A model generated the notes under the pieces. That model searched no databases, was not told where the DNA came from, and saw nothing but the letters and a program-made list of their open reading frames with translations. Below, in pieces: positions 1 to 12,709 of a DNA stretch of 64,000 nucleotides (position 1 is the stretch's first letter; every line of letters starts with the position of its first letter). The position numbers and the translations under genes were made by a program. Origin of the DNA: Zootoca vivipara (taxonomy: Eukaryota); NCBI RefSeq assembly GCF_963506605.1, contig NC_083276.1, positions 82,646,001 through 82,710,000 on the forward strand, in the 5' to 3' direction.

Positions 1-28
1 TATCAGAGCTTTTTTCCTAATACTGGTA

Positions 29-242
29 CGGTGGACCCTCTGGATACAAACTTAATTCATTCCGGGGGTCCGTCTGCAACCTGAAAAGTCCGTATCCGGA
101 GGTGCCGCTTCTGCACACACATGTGGAGTGATAGAACGCTTCTGCGCATACACTTGCACAGTGCGTATACACTTCCGGGTTTGCCACGTTCGCAACCCAA
201 AGTTTACATATCCGGAGGGATACGTAAGTAGAGGTACAACTG
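29..242. mobile_element. Tc1/mariner (pogo/Tigger-like) MITE, diverged
   Basis: Ends TA|CGGTGGACCCTC ... GAGGTACAACTG|TA resemble the CAGTGGTACCTC terminal inverted repeat and TA target site seen in other copies in the window. Confidence 0.65.
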
Positions 243-1029
243 TACCAGGATGGATCACAGCTGGGTAGAGAAGGGTTAAATTTCAGCTCCCTATGCATTG
301 TGGTCCCAGTGAAAATTTAAATGTCTGATGTGCTTTTAAAAATTTAAATGTCTGATGTGCTTCTGAGTGGTGTTTTTCATCTCACATGCAGTTGGTCCCT
401 AAAATATCCAGTGTACAATGTGCACTGTACAGTGTACAGTGGAAGGGCTGACTATTTATGGGGAGAATGTGACCAGGGCAACAAACAATCTATCTCAGGT
501 CAGCTCTTTGAATACATTCCGAGGACTTTGCCTAGAAGTAACTGGCATTGGAATCGTATTCTTATAGATAGAAGCTTTGTGCCTTTAATTAAAAGATCTT
601 TCGTGACTAGTGTCTGACAAACTTACGCCATCAGAAATGACACTCCGCTTCTCAAGTTATGAAACCTGCATTACAAGATCAAATTAAAAGTTCTTCTTTG
701 TATCAGGGTCTTGTAGTATATAGGAATTCGGGGACATACTACCTCCTCATGGCACCTCCAACATGAATTGTCACTCCCTTTGTATATTTTCACCAATTTC
801 GCCGGGGTCGGATGCCACCCAAAATTTATATACTGCTTTTTAACTTGCTTTCTTCAAACCAGTTAATGAATACAGTATTTATCTTACAGGGATTTTGTGA
901 GAATACATGAGATGCGGAAATGCTGTCACCCTCCCTTGCCCTTATGTATAAAATTAGAATAATAGGGGGAACAAAACATTTTATTTTATTTTTTGCTTTA
1001 ATCAGCAATCTACACACTTAAATCAATTA

Positions 1030-1310
1030 TTGCAGCCCTTCATTACCTGGACAGCCTTTCTTGGATGCAATGCAGCAGGAAACCAGCTGAAGTTTGTACA
1101 GGGCCCTATCGTTCTCTGTCTGTCTTTGTCTCTCTGTCTCTCACACATGCACACATTCACACTGTTGTGCTCTAAGAACCTAGAAGCGTGTGGCTTTGAT
1201 CAAGCCCTCTTAGCAAATCACTAAGATGTTTAATAAGCCCCCAGGAGCATTGAGATGCCTTCCAGTGGAAAATGAGTCATTAGAGAAACAACTCAACTTT
1301 TTTTAATGCA
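1030..1310. promoter_or_regulatory. Candidate olfactory receptor promoter/enhancer (homeodomain plus O/E motifs)
   Basis: TAATAAG-CCCCCAGGAG at 1231-1247, TCATTA at 1040 and 1277, and AACTTTTTTTAATGCA at about 1295-1310, inside an OR cluster. Confidence 0.4.
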
Positions 1311-1335
1311 TAGGTTTTTATTCAACCAAGTTGTA

Positions 1336-1408
1336 CTCAGAGTAGAGTCATTGAAATTAATGGCCCCAAGTTAGTTAGGCCCATTAACTTCAATAGGTCT
1401 ACTCTGAG
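1336..1408. repeat. Small palindromic (MITE-like) repeat
   Basis: CTCAGAGTAGA..CATTGAAATTAATGG ... CCATTAACTTCAAT..TCTACTCTGAG imperfect hairpin; related sequence near 34085-34150 and 36750-36835. Confidence 0.45.
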
Positions 1409-1430
1409 CTGCACTAGCATGGGGTACCAT

Positions 1431-1773
1431 TGTTGTTGTTTAGTCGTTTAGTCGTGTCCGACTCTTCGTGACCCCATGGACCAGAGCACGCCAGGCACTC
1501 CTGTCTTCCACTGCCTCCCGCAGTTTGGTCAAACTCATGTTCATAGCTTCGAGAACACTGTCCAACCATCTCGTCCTCTGTCGTCCCCTTCTCCTTGTGT
1601 CCTCCATCTTTCCCAACATCAGGGTCTTTTCCAGGGAGTCTTCTCTTCTCATGAGGTGGCCAAAGTATTGGAGCCTTAGCTTCAGGATCTGTCCTTCCAG
1701 TGAGCACTCAGGGCTGATTTCCTTAAGAATGGATAGGTTTGATCTTCTCGCAGTCCATGGGACTCTCAGGAGT
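1431..1773 (-). mobile_element. BovB (RTE) LINE, 5'-truncated 3' fragment
   Basis: Near-identical to the 3' end of the full-length copy (MRREDSLEKTLMLGK...HGVTKSRTRLND) with an (AAC)n tail. Confidence 0.95.
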
Positions 1774-2299
1774 CAATTTGTATACCATAGGATACAAATT
1801 TCAAGGAGGCATTTCGAGTTCTATTAGCCACAATGGCCATGTGTCCTTCATTGCAGAGAACAGCCCTCCATTTGAAGGCATCTTGTCTTTCAAGGGATGA
1901 CTGGGTCTTTACCTTCTTTGAACCATAAAGAACCATAAGATGAGAGTGAGGAAGGGGGGTGAAGTTACCTGTCAACAGTTAGTATTGAACATACTGAGCA
2001 AATGAAGGAGATCTGTAAAATAAAATAAAAAGTTGGAAGTATAAATGTCTGTATACGGTATTTCCAATGTCTTTGAATAAAATGCGGGGGAATAGCAATT
2101 TTGGGGGGAAGTCATTGATCAACACTCCTCTTGATTTACCAAGGCAGGATGTAGGTGTACTGCATTCAAGTTAAATAAAAAAATTCCTTCAGTAGCACCT
2201 TAAAGACCAACTAAGTTAATTGCTAGTAGACACTGTCCTGAAAGATTTTCCCACTATTGGGTGGCACCAGGTAATGCTTCTGTGTAGTGGATTAAATAT

Positions 2300-3560
2300 G
2301 CCAAAAAGTGGACTTCAGGTGTTTCACCATTAACCTTGAAGACCTGTCACACACTTTTTTATTGCAAAAATAAATAAATTTAATTTAATGAATGGGGGGA
2401 ATATTTCTACAGCATTCAATATTTATATTGAGGAACCAGATTGAAAACAAGACAACAAATAAAATACAGCTTCTAAAAATTAAACATTCTTGGCACAACA
2501 TTAATCAAATATTATATTTTAGTGCTATGCCTATTGTGGATGCGCAGGCAATAAGACTGTTAACAAAAGGAGAAATTATGATTCCTGAATTTAGGAACCA
2601 AGTTAAGGGTTTAGTATCAGAAATGCATTGGTTAATGCAAAATGCAAAGCAATATAATCTCAGTACAGTGGTACCTCTACTTACGAATTTAATGCGTTCC
2701 GAACGCACATTTGTAAGTCGAAAAAAATTGTAAGTCGAATCCCATAGGAATGCATTGGGAGGAAAAATTCGTAGGTCGAAGCAACCCTATCTAAAAATTC
2801 GTAAGTAGAAAAAAATCCTATCTAAACCGCATCCAAGATGGCAGATGGAGCTCCATTCGTAAATAGAAACATTCGTAAGTAGAGTTATTCGTAAGTAGAG
2901 GTACCACTGTACACTAAAGATAATATGGGGAGAGGAATCCAGGTCATACTCCAAGTATGAAAACTTTGTACAAAAATGGAAGAAGAAGAAAACTATAATA
3001 TCAGTTTCAGCAAGAATTAGGGAAAGTCTACTTAAAGACTTATATTGAGGTACAATACACACCCCAAAATAAGCTGCATATATGCTGCTGTGATCCCTTA
3101 CTTGAAAAGAATGTAAAGGCATAGGCTCTTCCCTGCATACATGGTGAAGTTGAGAGGCGATACACAAACATTAGGAAACATTTTTTTCTAGAATGTAGCA
3201 AAATGGCAGGCCACCATATTGAGACAGAACTTTCCCTGGAACCATCAAAGATGGTTAAGACATGGATCTCCCTCACAAAGTCACGATGTCATTTATTCTG
3301 GCAGCAGCCAGGCTAGTGGTAACACTAACTGGAAATCAGATGAGTGAGGATCAGTACAGAAATAGACAGATACAATTCGGCATATTGATTTGTTAAACTA
3401 AACAACATAAAGCGACTAGACAAGAAAACACTATAGATGACTTTTAAGGTCAATGGCAGGAATTTGTTCTATGGACAAAAGATAATCCCAATAAATCCCA
3501 AACTCCTGCCACCCATAGAACGCTCTGAAGTCTCTTGTTAGAATAATGAAAATTATAAAC
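2300..3560 (+). mobile_element. Degenerate L1/Tx1-like ORF2 3' fragment, interrupted by a MITE
   Basis: A-rich sense strand with broken reading frames reminiscent of the LINE ORF2 C-terminal region; boundaries approximate. Confidence 0.4.
2666..2909. mobile_element. Tc1/mariner (pogo/Tigger-like) MITE
   Basis: TIR CAGTGGTACCTCTACTTACGAAT / ATTCGTAAGTAGAGGTACCACTG flanked by TA; near-identical to 29712-29954. Confidence 0.9.
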
Positions 3561-4353
3561 TCTTAATTTTGATTAAAAGACTTAGAATATACAGGTATTG
3601 GAAAGACTTGTGATAATCATAGAAACTGCCGCTGATTTACAACATAAGCAAAAACGTGCTTCATCATCCTTTATTGTTGTTATTGATGCCATTTTTATGG
3701 AACAAAACTTCAGTAAACTGTAGTGAAAAGATTTTAACTTTCAAAACATATTCAGATCAATACAACCCTGTAGAAGTCATTCTCCAAAGCAGGGTGGACA
3801 AACTTAAGGGTGGGGAGATTTCCTTTGTTTTTCCTTTTTAAAAATTGATTACATTTCTATCCCACCTTTCCAAAGAGCTCAAAGTGCTATGTGTGATTCT
3901 TCCCTCCTCCTGATTCTATTCTCACAACCACCCACAATAGGCTGGCAGACAGTGACCTCCTTGATTCAGTGGGGATTTGAACCCTTGTCTCCCAGGTCCT
4001 AGTCCAACACTCTAGGCACTGCACTACAATGGAGCCCAATATCCACAAATGGCTGCTAGATTCAAAGCAGTAGCTCGGCAGGCAGAGCTAATTGGGACGA
4101 TCTGCATATCTAAGTACAAATTGACATCTGAGTTATCAGCATCTTTAATATCATGATTTGGGAATAAGAGGGAGCCTTTTTGCTGTTGCTATTATTACAA
4201 ATTTGGGGATCAGAAATTATTGCTGGTCAACTGCAAATCTATGACTCGATTCCAATCTACCTTCTACTTGGCCCTTCCCTAAAGCACAATATCCACTGCT
4301 TATTTTAATCATTGCAACTTGCATGGCTTAAATGAAAAAAATATATATAAATG

Positions 4354-5292
4354 TCACATTCTTCTTCTCCGTCTTGAAATCCCCTTTTGGCTCCACAATT
4401 TCTTCATGGCCTTCTTCATCTCCTCATTTCTTAGTGTGTAGATCAATGGGTTGAGCATTGGTGTGACCACAGTATAAAGCACAGCCACACTCTTGTCCTC
4501 TGAGAAGTTACTAGAAGGGCGTATGTACATAAAGGTGCAAGGCCCAAAAAATAAAATGACTACCGTGACGTGGGAAGCACAGGTAGATAGAGCCTTGAGA
4601 CGCCCTTCAGAAGAGCGAGACCTCAAGGAGACCAAGATGGCAATGTATGATGAAACCAAGGTGATAAAGGAGCTCAGAGCAATGACTCCGCTATTAGTTA
4701 CCACGATGACACCAATAATGTAGGTATCTGTGCAAGCCAATTTTAATAAAGGGTGGACATCACAAAAATAATGATCGATCTCATTGGGTCCACAAAATGG
4801 AAGTTGGTTGGTGGCGATTGTCTCCAGCAATGAATGCATGAGTCCTCCAACCCACGAGGCTGCCACCAGCTGCCCACAAATCTGCCTGGTCATAATGGTG
4901 GTATAGTGGAGAGGTTTGCAAATTGCAATGTACCGGTCGTACGCCATCACTGTGAGGATGAAGCTCTCCGTGCAGCCAAAGAAATGGACCCCAAAGAGCT
5001 GTGTCATGCAGCCAGTGAAGGAAATGGTTTTCTTTTCGTCAAGGAAGCCCACAATCATTTTGGGGGCCGTAACGGAAGAGTAACATATGTCTACGAAAGA
5101 TAAGTAGCTGAGGAAAAAATACATGGGAGAATTCAAGCGGGAGCTGAGGAAGATAGTGACAATGATGAGAAGATTTCCCAATACAATGACCAAATATAAG
5201 AAGAGAAAGAGCACAAAACATATTTTCTCCAGCTGTTCATTTTGAGTGAGGCCAAAGAAGATGAACTCTGTCACATTGTTTATGTTCTGCAT
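4354..5292 (-). CDS. Olfactory receptor, class II OR4 family-like (312 aa, intact)
   Basis: OR motifs [68 protein letters not shown]. Start placed at ATG 5292 just after the acceptor TTGCAG|GTG; the extra 32 codons of the ORF track are intronic. Confidence 0.95.
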   Translation of the reverse strand: MQNINNVTEFIFFGLTQNEQLEKICFVLFLFLYLVIVLGNLLIIVTIFLSSRLNSPMYFFLSYLSFVDICYSSVTAPKMIVGFLDEKKTISFTGCMTQLFGVHFFGCTESFILTVMAYDRYIAICKPLHYTTIMTRQICGQLVAASWVGGLMHSLLETIATNQLPFCGPNEIDHYFCDVHPLLKLACTDTYIIGVIVVTNSGVIALSSFITLVSSYIAILVSLRSRSSEGRLKALSTCASHVTVVILFFGPCTFMYIRPSSNFSEDKSVAVLYTVVTPMLNPLIYTLRNEEMKKAMKKLWSQKGISRRRRRM

Positions 5293-5540
5293 CACCTGCA
5301 ATGAGAAGAGATGAGATTGCTCTGTAAAGTCTGGTGTTAATGAGTAGTTGAAATCCAGAAATATATTGCATGGCAAGCCTGACGTCAACTATAGTGAGAG
5401 AGAGAGAGAGAGTATCCCCACTTACACCCAAAACAGCTATTACTAACCCATTTTTTCTGCTGAGATAATCAGTGGCATTCTGTAGGTGATATTCAGAAAA
5501 ACCTGTCAGTTTGCATTTCTTAGTGCAGAAAGTATGGATC

Positions 5541-6049
5541 TGTTGTGTAGAGATCTTTCCTATTCTAATTAATTCAAGAGGGTTCTGGAAGCTTCTCTGT
5601 GTGAAAGAAACAAGCAGAAGATTCATGGTGTTTGGATCGTTCCTTCAGAGAAGCTGAGTACAGCTGGCTTAAACTGGTTCTGTTACCTATTCTTGGAGGT
5701 CATGCTGACTATAAGAGGCCAGAAGGAGTCTGGGTTTCACTCTCTTTTTCTATCTCTTTTCCATCTGGTGTGGTGTTCATAGTATGCGCTTAGTCTTAAG
5801 GTTCAGATTTATTATAAGTTATTGTAAGTTTAAGTTAAGTCTGCTGCAACTGGAATTCTTATGGACAGTGCCAATCCTGAATGTATTGGATTTGTGACCA
5901 TTATGTTGCCTTCAATAGCAGTAAAGCTAGATGAAATACAATTGCCTCTGGTCTATTTTTTGGGAATCCTGCAACGTGTTTAAGTTGTTACTCTGCTAAC
6001 TATACATTGGAATCTACTCTGGATCAGTATTGAGTAGAATTCCATGGCA
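5541..6049 (+). mobile_element. Possible LTR remnant
   Basis: TG start and CA end with TATAAG (about 5710) and AGTAAA (about 5920); no convincing target-site duplication. Confidence 0.25.
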
Positions 6050-7053
6050 AAGCCTTCTATAAATTATGGTTCTCTTTGTCTTGGAATAGAGGAAATGCTT
6101 GAAAAGCTCTCAAATTTATATACAATTCTGCTTAATGGAGTGTCTTCTAACAAAGCTTTTCTTTGAGTAAGCTAAGAAACCTTTCCTGGAAAAAATCATT
6201 CTTTAGCACTAAATCAGAGCAAATGTCAATTTGGAGAAAACTCATTTTACGTTTTCTCTGATTCAGCAGTAAACAGCAGATTTTCCTGGGGGCAAACAGC
6301 AGAGCAAGCAGAAGTGTGGATGATGTTTTGTACAAGCAAATCAGGATGAGTGCTCAAAAATCCAGGTCTATGTTTAAATTGGATTTGTTGCACTATGGGG
6401 ACAGAGCACTTTAATCCACTTTAATTATGAAACCTGAATTTCTGGGTATGCATTTGAATCTTTCCTGTAAAATACTGACAGTCTGGAGGCACCCTTAAGA
6501 GATTTTATGAAAACCATGGAACCTACTCTTGAGTAAGCACTCCGGCTTGCTGGGTGGGGTGCTTACTCACTTGATCATTTCCAGGGGAAAGTGACAAGGC
6601 AAAGGCAAAACCACTCAGTCCTGTAACTGGAAAGCATGGGACAAGCAGAAAACCACTCAGCCCCTTGCTTTCTAGGCATGGGGCAAGCAGAAGTGTGGGC
6701 AAGCCCTTAGATTATGGCAGGTCTTTACTGTGCATCCATCATGATTTGTTTTGACACATCGTCCCTTTCGTCATTTGTTCATTCCACACTTTTCTCAATG
6801 CGTTTACCCATCACTTTCCATACCACAGAAAGCCTGTTGCTTTTTTAAAAGCAGGTTCATTGCACTAGGGCAACAGAAGGTTTAACCCACTTTAATTGCG
6901 CAAACCTAAATTTCCTATCTTGTTGTGGGATGCTTCCTGCAAGCTGATGTAGAAATGCATGAAAGGAGTAGAATGAATGACTTAATGGAAAGGCATATAA
7001 ACACTCCAAAAGCAAATCAGGATGAATGCTCCCTACAAATAAATCAGTATATT

Positions 7054-7335
7054 TAGGGTTGCCATATTTTGAAGAGCAAAAAAGAGGTCGACGACTCTCA
7101 TTTTTAATACCGCTACTGTATGGAGGCTACAGAAGCTGTAATATATTGCTGAAGGGGGCAGGAGAAAAGAACAGGAAAACAAGTCTTCAGCCACCAGTTA
7201 TGTCTATGTCTCATCCAGAAAGTATAGCCAGAGACATTTTGGCAAAAAAATTTTTTTAAAAAAATCCACCTGGACAGAAATTTTACTCCTGAAAAAGAGG
7301 ACATGTCCTGGAAAAAGAGGACACATGGCAACCCA
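7054..7335. mobile_element. Non-autonomous DNA transposon (hAT-like, TAGGGTTGCCA ends)
   Basis: TAGGGTTGCCATA ... CATGGCAACCC inverted termini; related element at 11236-11482. Confidence 0.6.
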
Positions 7336-7639
7336 ATTTAACCAGTCATATAGAGGTACCCTAAGACATGTGAAACCTCACAGACTTCCCCACTTTCCTG
7401 CATTCAAACCCAGAAATTCCTAACCAGAAACTCTCCCCAATATTTTTTCTGTGTTACCTCCCTGAAAAATTTAAAGGCAAAGATGTGCAAATTCAACACA
7501 ACAGTTACTCATTAGTTCTCAGATTGATAAACCAGCAAACAAATATGTTCGGTTTTGAGTCAAGGCTGCAGAAACAGCCTTTAGTTTCATTTGAACTGTA
7601 ATGAGTGCACGACTAGGAAATCAGATGTGAGAAACAATT

Positions 7640-8640
7640 AAGTATGCTTACCCTGTTGATTTCAAGATGAATTCGTTTTATTGCTGCGAGCCTGCACTAG
7701 AGCAATGGTGAAGTTTGTGGCATTTACATCATCTACAATATTAGAGCTTCATTACCACACTTCAATACCACAGGATTCTTGAGTTTAAACATTTGTGTTT
7801 TCAACCCGAGAAAGAAAAGCTGTGCCACCTGGCCATGTATGATATTCAGCTTCTTCTTGCACCAAACAGGAAGTTGTAAGAAGGAATTATATTACTGCAT
7901 CTTACAATCATCTCAAGGATACATACTTGGTTCCAAACACCTGGAGACCAACCACTCCTTTCAGCAACAATTAAGCCCCACCAGCAGTCTTGTCCTGAGA
8001 GGCCACCTTATTTCCTCCAAAGGATACATAACTATTAGCTTTGTGGACTTCTTGCCAAAGTTGATGTCATATCACAATTTAACTACTACTTTATCTGCAG
8101 CTTTTAATTGTGCCCAAGAGGGATGCATCCACAACTTTTTCTGAATTGTTCCAGGATCGTCTATGATTCATAAATGAGGTTAAGAACAATGGCTGGCCCC
8201 ACTCCAATTTTGTAGCCACATAGTGGCCAGGGCTGCATCTATTCAGAGCCTTCTTCAAAAAGCAATGATTCTGCCAAACATCTGTTCAAAGAGGACAGAA
8301 GAGTGGGGAATATTTTAACCCAAGAGATGACTTTCTAAACATATGATTGGCCCAATCCAGCATCTGCATGCACAGCACTTCCGGGGGGTGGGGGAGAGTG
8401 CTGAAAAAATGCATTCTGCTTTGGATACATACGGGGGCATCTGCTTCTCTTTGCATTTGGCCCCTGGCTAGATTGGAGTGACTATGGATTGTATATTTAT
8501 AGAATGTCTCCCTCAGCTTCCTGATCTTCTGCTGGGGTAAACTGGAATCACTTTACTAAATACAAGTTTAGGTTACTTGTACTGTATATGTGCTCATTAA
8601 CAGCAAGGAGCATTCCTCTTCAGGCATCCCAGGTGCATTG
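7640..8640 (-). promoter_or_regulatory. Putative 5' non-coding exon and promoter region of the OR at 4354-5292
   Basis: Minus-strand donor AGG|GTAAGCA at about 7651; TAATTG next to GCCCAAGAGG at 8105-8121; CCCAAGAG at about 8319; TCATTA at 8594. Confidence 0.35.
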
Positions 8641-8712
8641 TGGGAAGCCAGTTGGACCAACACAGTAGCAGAGCTGCTTTATAGCCAGTTCATCTATTGG
8701 TTCATGTAGGCT

Positions 8713-8848
8713 CAGGCATCCCCAAACTTCGGCCTTCCTGATGTTTTGGACTACAATTCCCATCTTCCCCGACCACTGTTCCTGTTAGCTAGGGATCATG
8801 GGAGTTGTAGGCCAAAACATCTGGAGAGCCACAGTTTGGGGATGCCAG
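8713..8848. mobile_element. hAT (Charlie/Buster-like) 136-bp MITE
   Basis: CAGGCATCCCCAAACT ... AGTTTGGGGATGCC termini; imperfect 8-bp TSD ATGTAGGC/ATGTAGCC. Confidence 0.85.
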
Positions 8849-8991
8849 ATGTAGCCCATTATTCTACACTTTTCTTGTTTTATAGTTGCAAATGTTTTGC
8901 TCATTTTTGTAAATGCATATTTTATTGTTGTAAACCTGCTCTGGGACCATGGTAAATGCCAGATAAGAAATCTAACAAAATAAATAATATA

Positions 8992-9222
8992 CAGTGGTAC
9001 CTCAGGTTGCGAACTTAATTCGTTACGGAAGTCCGTTCTTAACCCGAAGTGTTCTTAACCTGAGGCATGCATTCCCTACACAGGCCTCCCGTGGCCCCAG
9101 AAGTGGATTGCGTTCGTATCCCAGGGCAAAGTTTGCAACCCGGCACACCTACTTCCAGGTTTGTGGAGTTCGTAAACCAAAGCGTTCATAAGCAGGACTG
9201 TTCGTAACCCGAGGTACCACTG
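8992..9222. mobile_element. Tc1/mariner (pogo/Tigger-like) MITE
   Basis: TA|CAGTGGTACCTC ... GAGGTACCACTG|TA. Confidence 0.85.
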
Positions 9223-9339
9223 TATAACTAATAAGAGGTGTTGAGATAATTCAGTGCACAGAAGCATATGGTTTTTGCTATATACTTTCTTAGATGTTGC
9301 TTTAGTTCATAAAAACTCCCCTACAAATTCTATTCTTCT

Positions 9340-9750
9340 CAGGGCCATCTTTACCCGGGGGCGCTAAATTCTGGGGGGCGCCAAATATATACCTACTGTA
9401 TACCAGTCCCTCCCGATCGGTGGCAGTGAAAAGGAATGGAGCGAAAGTCCCCGGCTCCCTTCTCCATCACTCTTGTTAGCGTCAAATATTCCCAATGAGT
9501 CAGGAAACAAAAGCAGTTTTTTCCGCTGCATCATTGGTGCATGCAGGTGAGCAGCAATTCCTGCCCCCGCCCCTAAGAGAAGCTCAACAACTTTGAGTTC
9601 ATTTCCCCTAAAAAAAAGGTCAACAACTTTGGCTTCCCCCCCTCCCCCCAAAAAGCTCAATAAAAGTTAATTTGGGGGCAGCTAAACTAAATTTGGGGGC
9701 GCTGGGCGGATCTTTGCACCCCGGCAGCACATATGCTAAAGGCGGCCCTG
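9340..9750. mobile_element. hAT (Tip100/MER45-like) non-autonomous element
   Basis: CAGGGCCATCTTTA ... TAAAGGCGGCCCTG termini; 8-bp TSD ATTCTTCT/ATCCTTCT. Confidence 0.75.
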
Positions 9751-10249
9751 ATCCTTCTAAATATACCTAAGCTAAATCCTCTCTCACCATTTATCGCAAA
9801 ACCACGACCAAGAACAATGCTGACTTTGCTTTACCTAACCTACCTGCCAGAACCAAATACATCTGCCTCTGCTTCTAAACAGAGGTTTTCCAAGACTAAG
9901 CTGTTTTATTTATTTTGTAATTGCATGTTTTATTGTTGCAAGTTGCCCTGGGACTTTATGTTAAAGTGTTAAAGGACAGGTTAAAAAGCTCATAAAATAA
10001 AGAACGAATAAATATCACCTACACTGACTGGCAGCTGCTCTCCAGGGCAGATTTCGTGGTATGCTGCCTTGTGCAAAGCCATTTGCACCCTCATGGCACA
10101 GGGTAAAGCTGAGTTTTAGGAGGTTCCCGCAGTGTCCTAGAGCCTGGTACTTCCTTCCCAAGGCCGGGCAAGGGCTTACCAGGCTTTGAGAAGGCATCTT
10201 CCTTGGGTCCCACCTTTTTATAGTAATTTACAGGAATTGTGAGTAATGG

Positions 10250-10670
10250 GAGATATAGCAGAGGCGTATAACCATATTCACGGTGTGGAGAAAGTTGTTA
10301 AGGAAGCTTTTCTCCTTTCATAATACTGGACAGACAAAAGGAACTACTTCTTCATACAGCCCATAGTTAAATTCTGGAAATCTCTCACAAGAAGTAATGA
10401 TGGTCACCAACTTGGATGTCATTAAAAGAGGCTAAGACAGATTCATGGGTGATAAGGCTATTGATGGCTAGTAGCCATGGTGGTTATGTTCTAGCTCAGG
10501 CATCCCCAAACTGCGGCCCTCCAGATGTTTTGGCCTACAACTCCCATGATCCCTAGCTAGCAGGACCAGTGGTCAGGGATGATGGGAATTATAGTCCAAA
10601 ACATCTGGAGGGCCGAAGTTTGGGGATGCCTATTCTAGCTCCTTTGTTTGTTGGAGGTAAAATGCCTCTG
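10250..10670 (+). mobile_element. CR1 LINE 3' fragment, interrupted by a MITE
   Basis: CR1-type 3' end (AAAAGAGGCTAAGACAGATTCATGG..GGCTATTGATGGCTA), homologous to 16950-17560. Confidence 0.6.
10497..10632. mobile_element. hAT (Charlie/Buster-like) 136-bp MITE
   Basis: TIRs plus a perfect 8-bp TSD TTCTAGCT. Confidence 0.9.
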
Positions 10671-10673
10671 AGA

Positions 10674-10763
10674 CATAGCTGCCAAGTTCTCCCTTTTTTT
10701 AAGGGAAATTCCATTATGCTGAATAGGCTTCCTTGCGAGAAAAGGGAAAACTTGGCAGCTATG
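10674..10763. mobile_element. hAT 90-bp mini element (CATAGCTGCCAAGTT TIR)
   Basis: Perfect TIR, 8-bp TSD CTCTGAGA; same family in opposite orientation at 20557-20646. Confidence 0.9.
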
Positions 10764-11235
10764 CTCTGAGAGAGTACTGCGGCACTCAGGTTCATCTTAC
10801 AGGCTTCTGGTTGGTCATGGGCCTCTGGTTGGCCCCTGAGAAATCAGGATGCCGGACTACATGGGCCTCTTCAGCAGGCTTCTTCTTACATTTTGTTCCT
10901 AGTTGACATCCCCAAGTTCACCCTGCATACTCTTCCCTGGTTCCTGGAGAAAAGGGCAATTTAGAACAAAACAGTGCCCTTGTTGCAGAGTCCTACCCTC
11001 CTTTACACCTTCCCCTCCCCACCACCAACCCAAGCAGCTCCTGAGCAAGCCTTTCCAAGGAAAAGTTCCTTTTATGTTTTTTTTTGGGGGGGGTTAATTT
11101 AAAAAAATTAACTCTCTGCAGAAGACTGTAGTCTGCTAACATAAAAGTCACTTTCCCTCTGCAGATGATGCTTTGGAGGCAATAAAGCCTCTTGTCATTT
11201 GAATGCCACACCTCTTTCCATGAAATCATTTAGGT

Positions 11236-11482
11236 AGGGCTGCCATATGTCCCAGACATTACCGGGATTTCAAAGGTGGAAGTGATGTCTGGGGGGAATT
11301 CCCAGAAGGTGGTGGTCTGTCCTGGATCTTCAGTTTTCTTGGTGTTTTCCTTTTAAAAAAAAAAAAAGTTCAACAACTTTCATGTTTTCCTTTATAAAGC
11401 TCAACAATTTTGGTGGTTACCTTTAAAAAAAAACAACTTTTGGGGTGTCCTGGTTTTTACTTTTTGAAATATGGCAGCCCTA
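11236..11482. mobile_element. Non-autonomous DNA transposon (hAT-like)
   Basis: TAGGGCTGCCATAT ... ATATGGCAGCCCTA TIR; flanks CATTTAGG/TTTTTAGG. Confidence 0.7.
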
Positions 11483-11767
11483 TTTTTAGGTACTAACGGA
11501 TGTAATATTTATTTGTTTATTTTGTTTCATAAAATTTATATACTGATTGATTGTTTTAAAAGACTCAAAGCGGTTCATAATATACTTTATCTTACAGCCT
11601 GCTCTGGCATCAGCACTGAGTATAATCATATTTATTTGCATAGAAAAGAAGACTAAGCAAGAACACAAATGTATGAGTCCTTCCTTTACTAAAATATAAA
11701 AAAAAAATGAAACCATATCAGGAGGGAACCTCAAATCTAATGGCTGAGCCCTGTAAAAGGCATCATC

Positions 11768-12709
11768 TTACTTCGCACTTTTAAAGTGATCACCCCAAAG
11801 TACATTTTTCTTGCTCCATAATTTTCTCATGGCATTTTTCACCTCTTCGTTTCTCAGTGTATAAATTAAGGGATTGAGCATAGGGGTGATAATGGTGTAG
11901 AACACAGCCACGCCCTTGTCCTCTGAGAATGTGGTGGAAGGCCTCAGGTAGGTGAAGATGCAGGGCACAAAAAATAGAATCACTACCGTGATGTGAGAGG
12001 CGCAGGTGGAGAGGGCTTTGAGGCGCCCTTCAGAAGAGCGAGTTCTCAGAGTGACTAGGATAACGATATATGAAACAGTCAGGAGAAGAAAACTGACTAG
12101 GGAAACCATGCCACTATTGACAATGACAACGTACGCAACAATATAAGTATCGGTACAGGCCAATTTCAATAGAGGGTGGACGTCGCAAAAATAATGGTCA
12201 ATTTCGTTGGGCCCACAGAAGGGGAGGTGTAAGGTCAGGAGAGTCTGTACCATCGAATGTGCAAATGCTCCCAGCCATAATGCCCTCATCGTCCAATTGC
12301 ATACGCTCTTGCTCATAATAGTTGTGTAATGGAGGGGTTTGCAAATTGCAATGTACCTGTCGTATGCCATCACTGTAAGGAGGAAGATTTCAGTGACACC
12401 AAAGAAGTGGAACACAAAGAGCTGTGTTATGCAGCCGGCAAAGGAGATGGTTTTCTTCTCAACAAGGAAGTCTGCAATCAGTTTGGGAGCAGTAGCAGAT
12501 GAGTAGCCAATATCTACAAAGGATAGGTAACTCAGGAAGAAATACATGGGAGAGTTCAGACGGGAGCTGCTCTTGACGGTGGCAATAATAAGTACATTCC
12601 CCACTAATATTGCTGCGTAGAGGACCAGAAAGAGCGCAAAACAGGCTTTTTGCAAGTCCTGATTTGCGGTGAGTCCCAAGAAGATGAATTCAGACACATT
12701 GTTCGCCAT
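11768..12709 (-). CDS. Olfactory receptor, class II OR4 family-like (313 aa, intact)
   Basis: [72 protein letters not shown] in one uninterrupted ORF. Confidence 0.96.
   Translation of the reverse strand: MANNVSEFIFLGLTANQDLQKACFALFLVLYAAILVGNVLIIATVKSSSRLNSPMYFFLSYLSFVDIGYSSATAPKLIADFLVEKKTISFAGCITQLFVFHFFGVTEIFLLTVMAYDRYIAICKPLHYTTIMSKSVCNWTMRALWLGAFAHSMVQTLLTLHLPFCGPNEIDHYFCDVHPLLKLACTDTYIVAYVVIVNSGMVSLVSFLLLTVSYIVILVTLRTRSSEGRLKALSTCASHITVVILFFVPCIFTYLRPSTTFSEDKGVAVFYTIITPMLNPLIYTLRNEEVKNAMRKLWSKKNVLWGDHFKSAK

Noticed and set aside
312-362. Short tandem duplications (also about 16243-16291, 42500-42602, 63043-63082) considered as CRISPR-like repeats
   Set aside because: Only two units each with no spacer array, in a eukaryotic context; ordinary slippage duplications.
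5293-5388. 32-codon N-terminal extension of the first OR in the ORF track
   Set aside because: Lies upstream of a clear splice acceptor shared with the paralogue; intronic.
8678-8683. Minus-strand TATAAA as the promoter of the first OR
   Set aside because: The homeodomain and O/E motifs would fall downstream of it, and OR promoters are usually TATA-less; not supportable.
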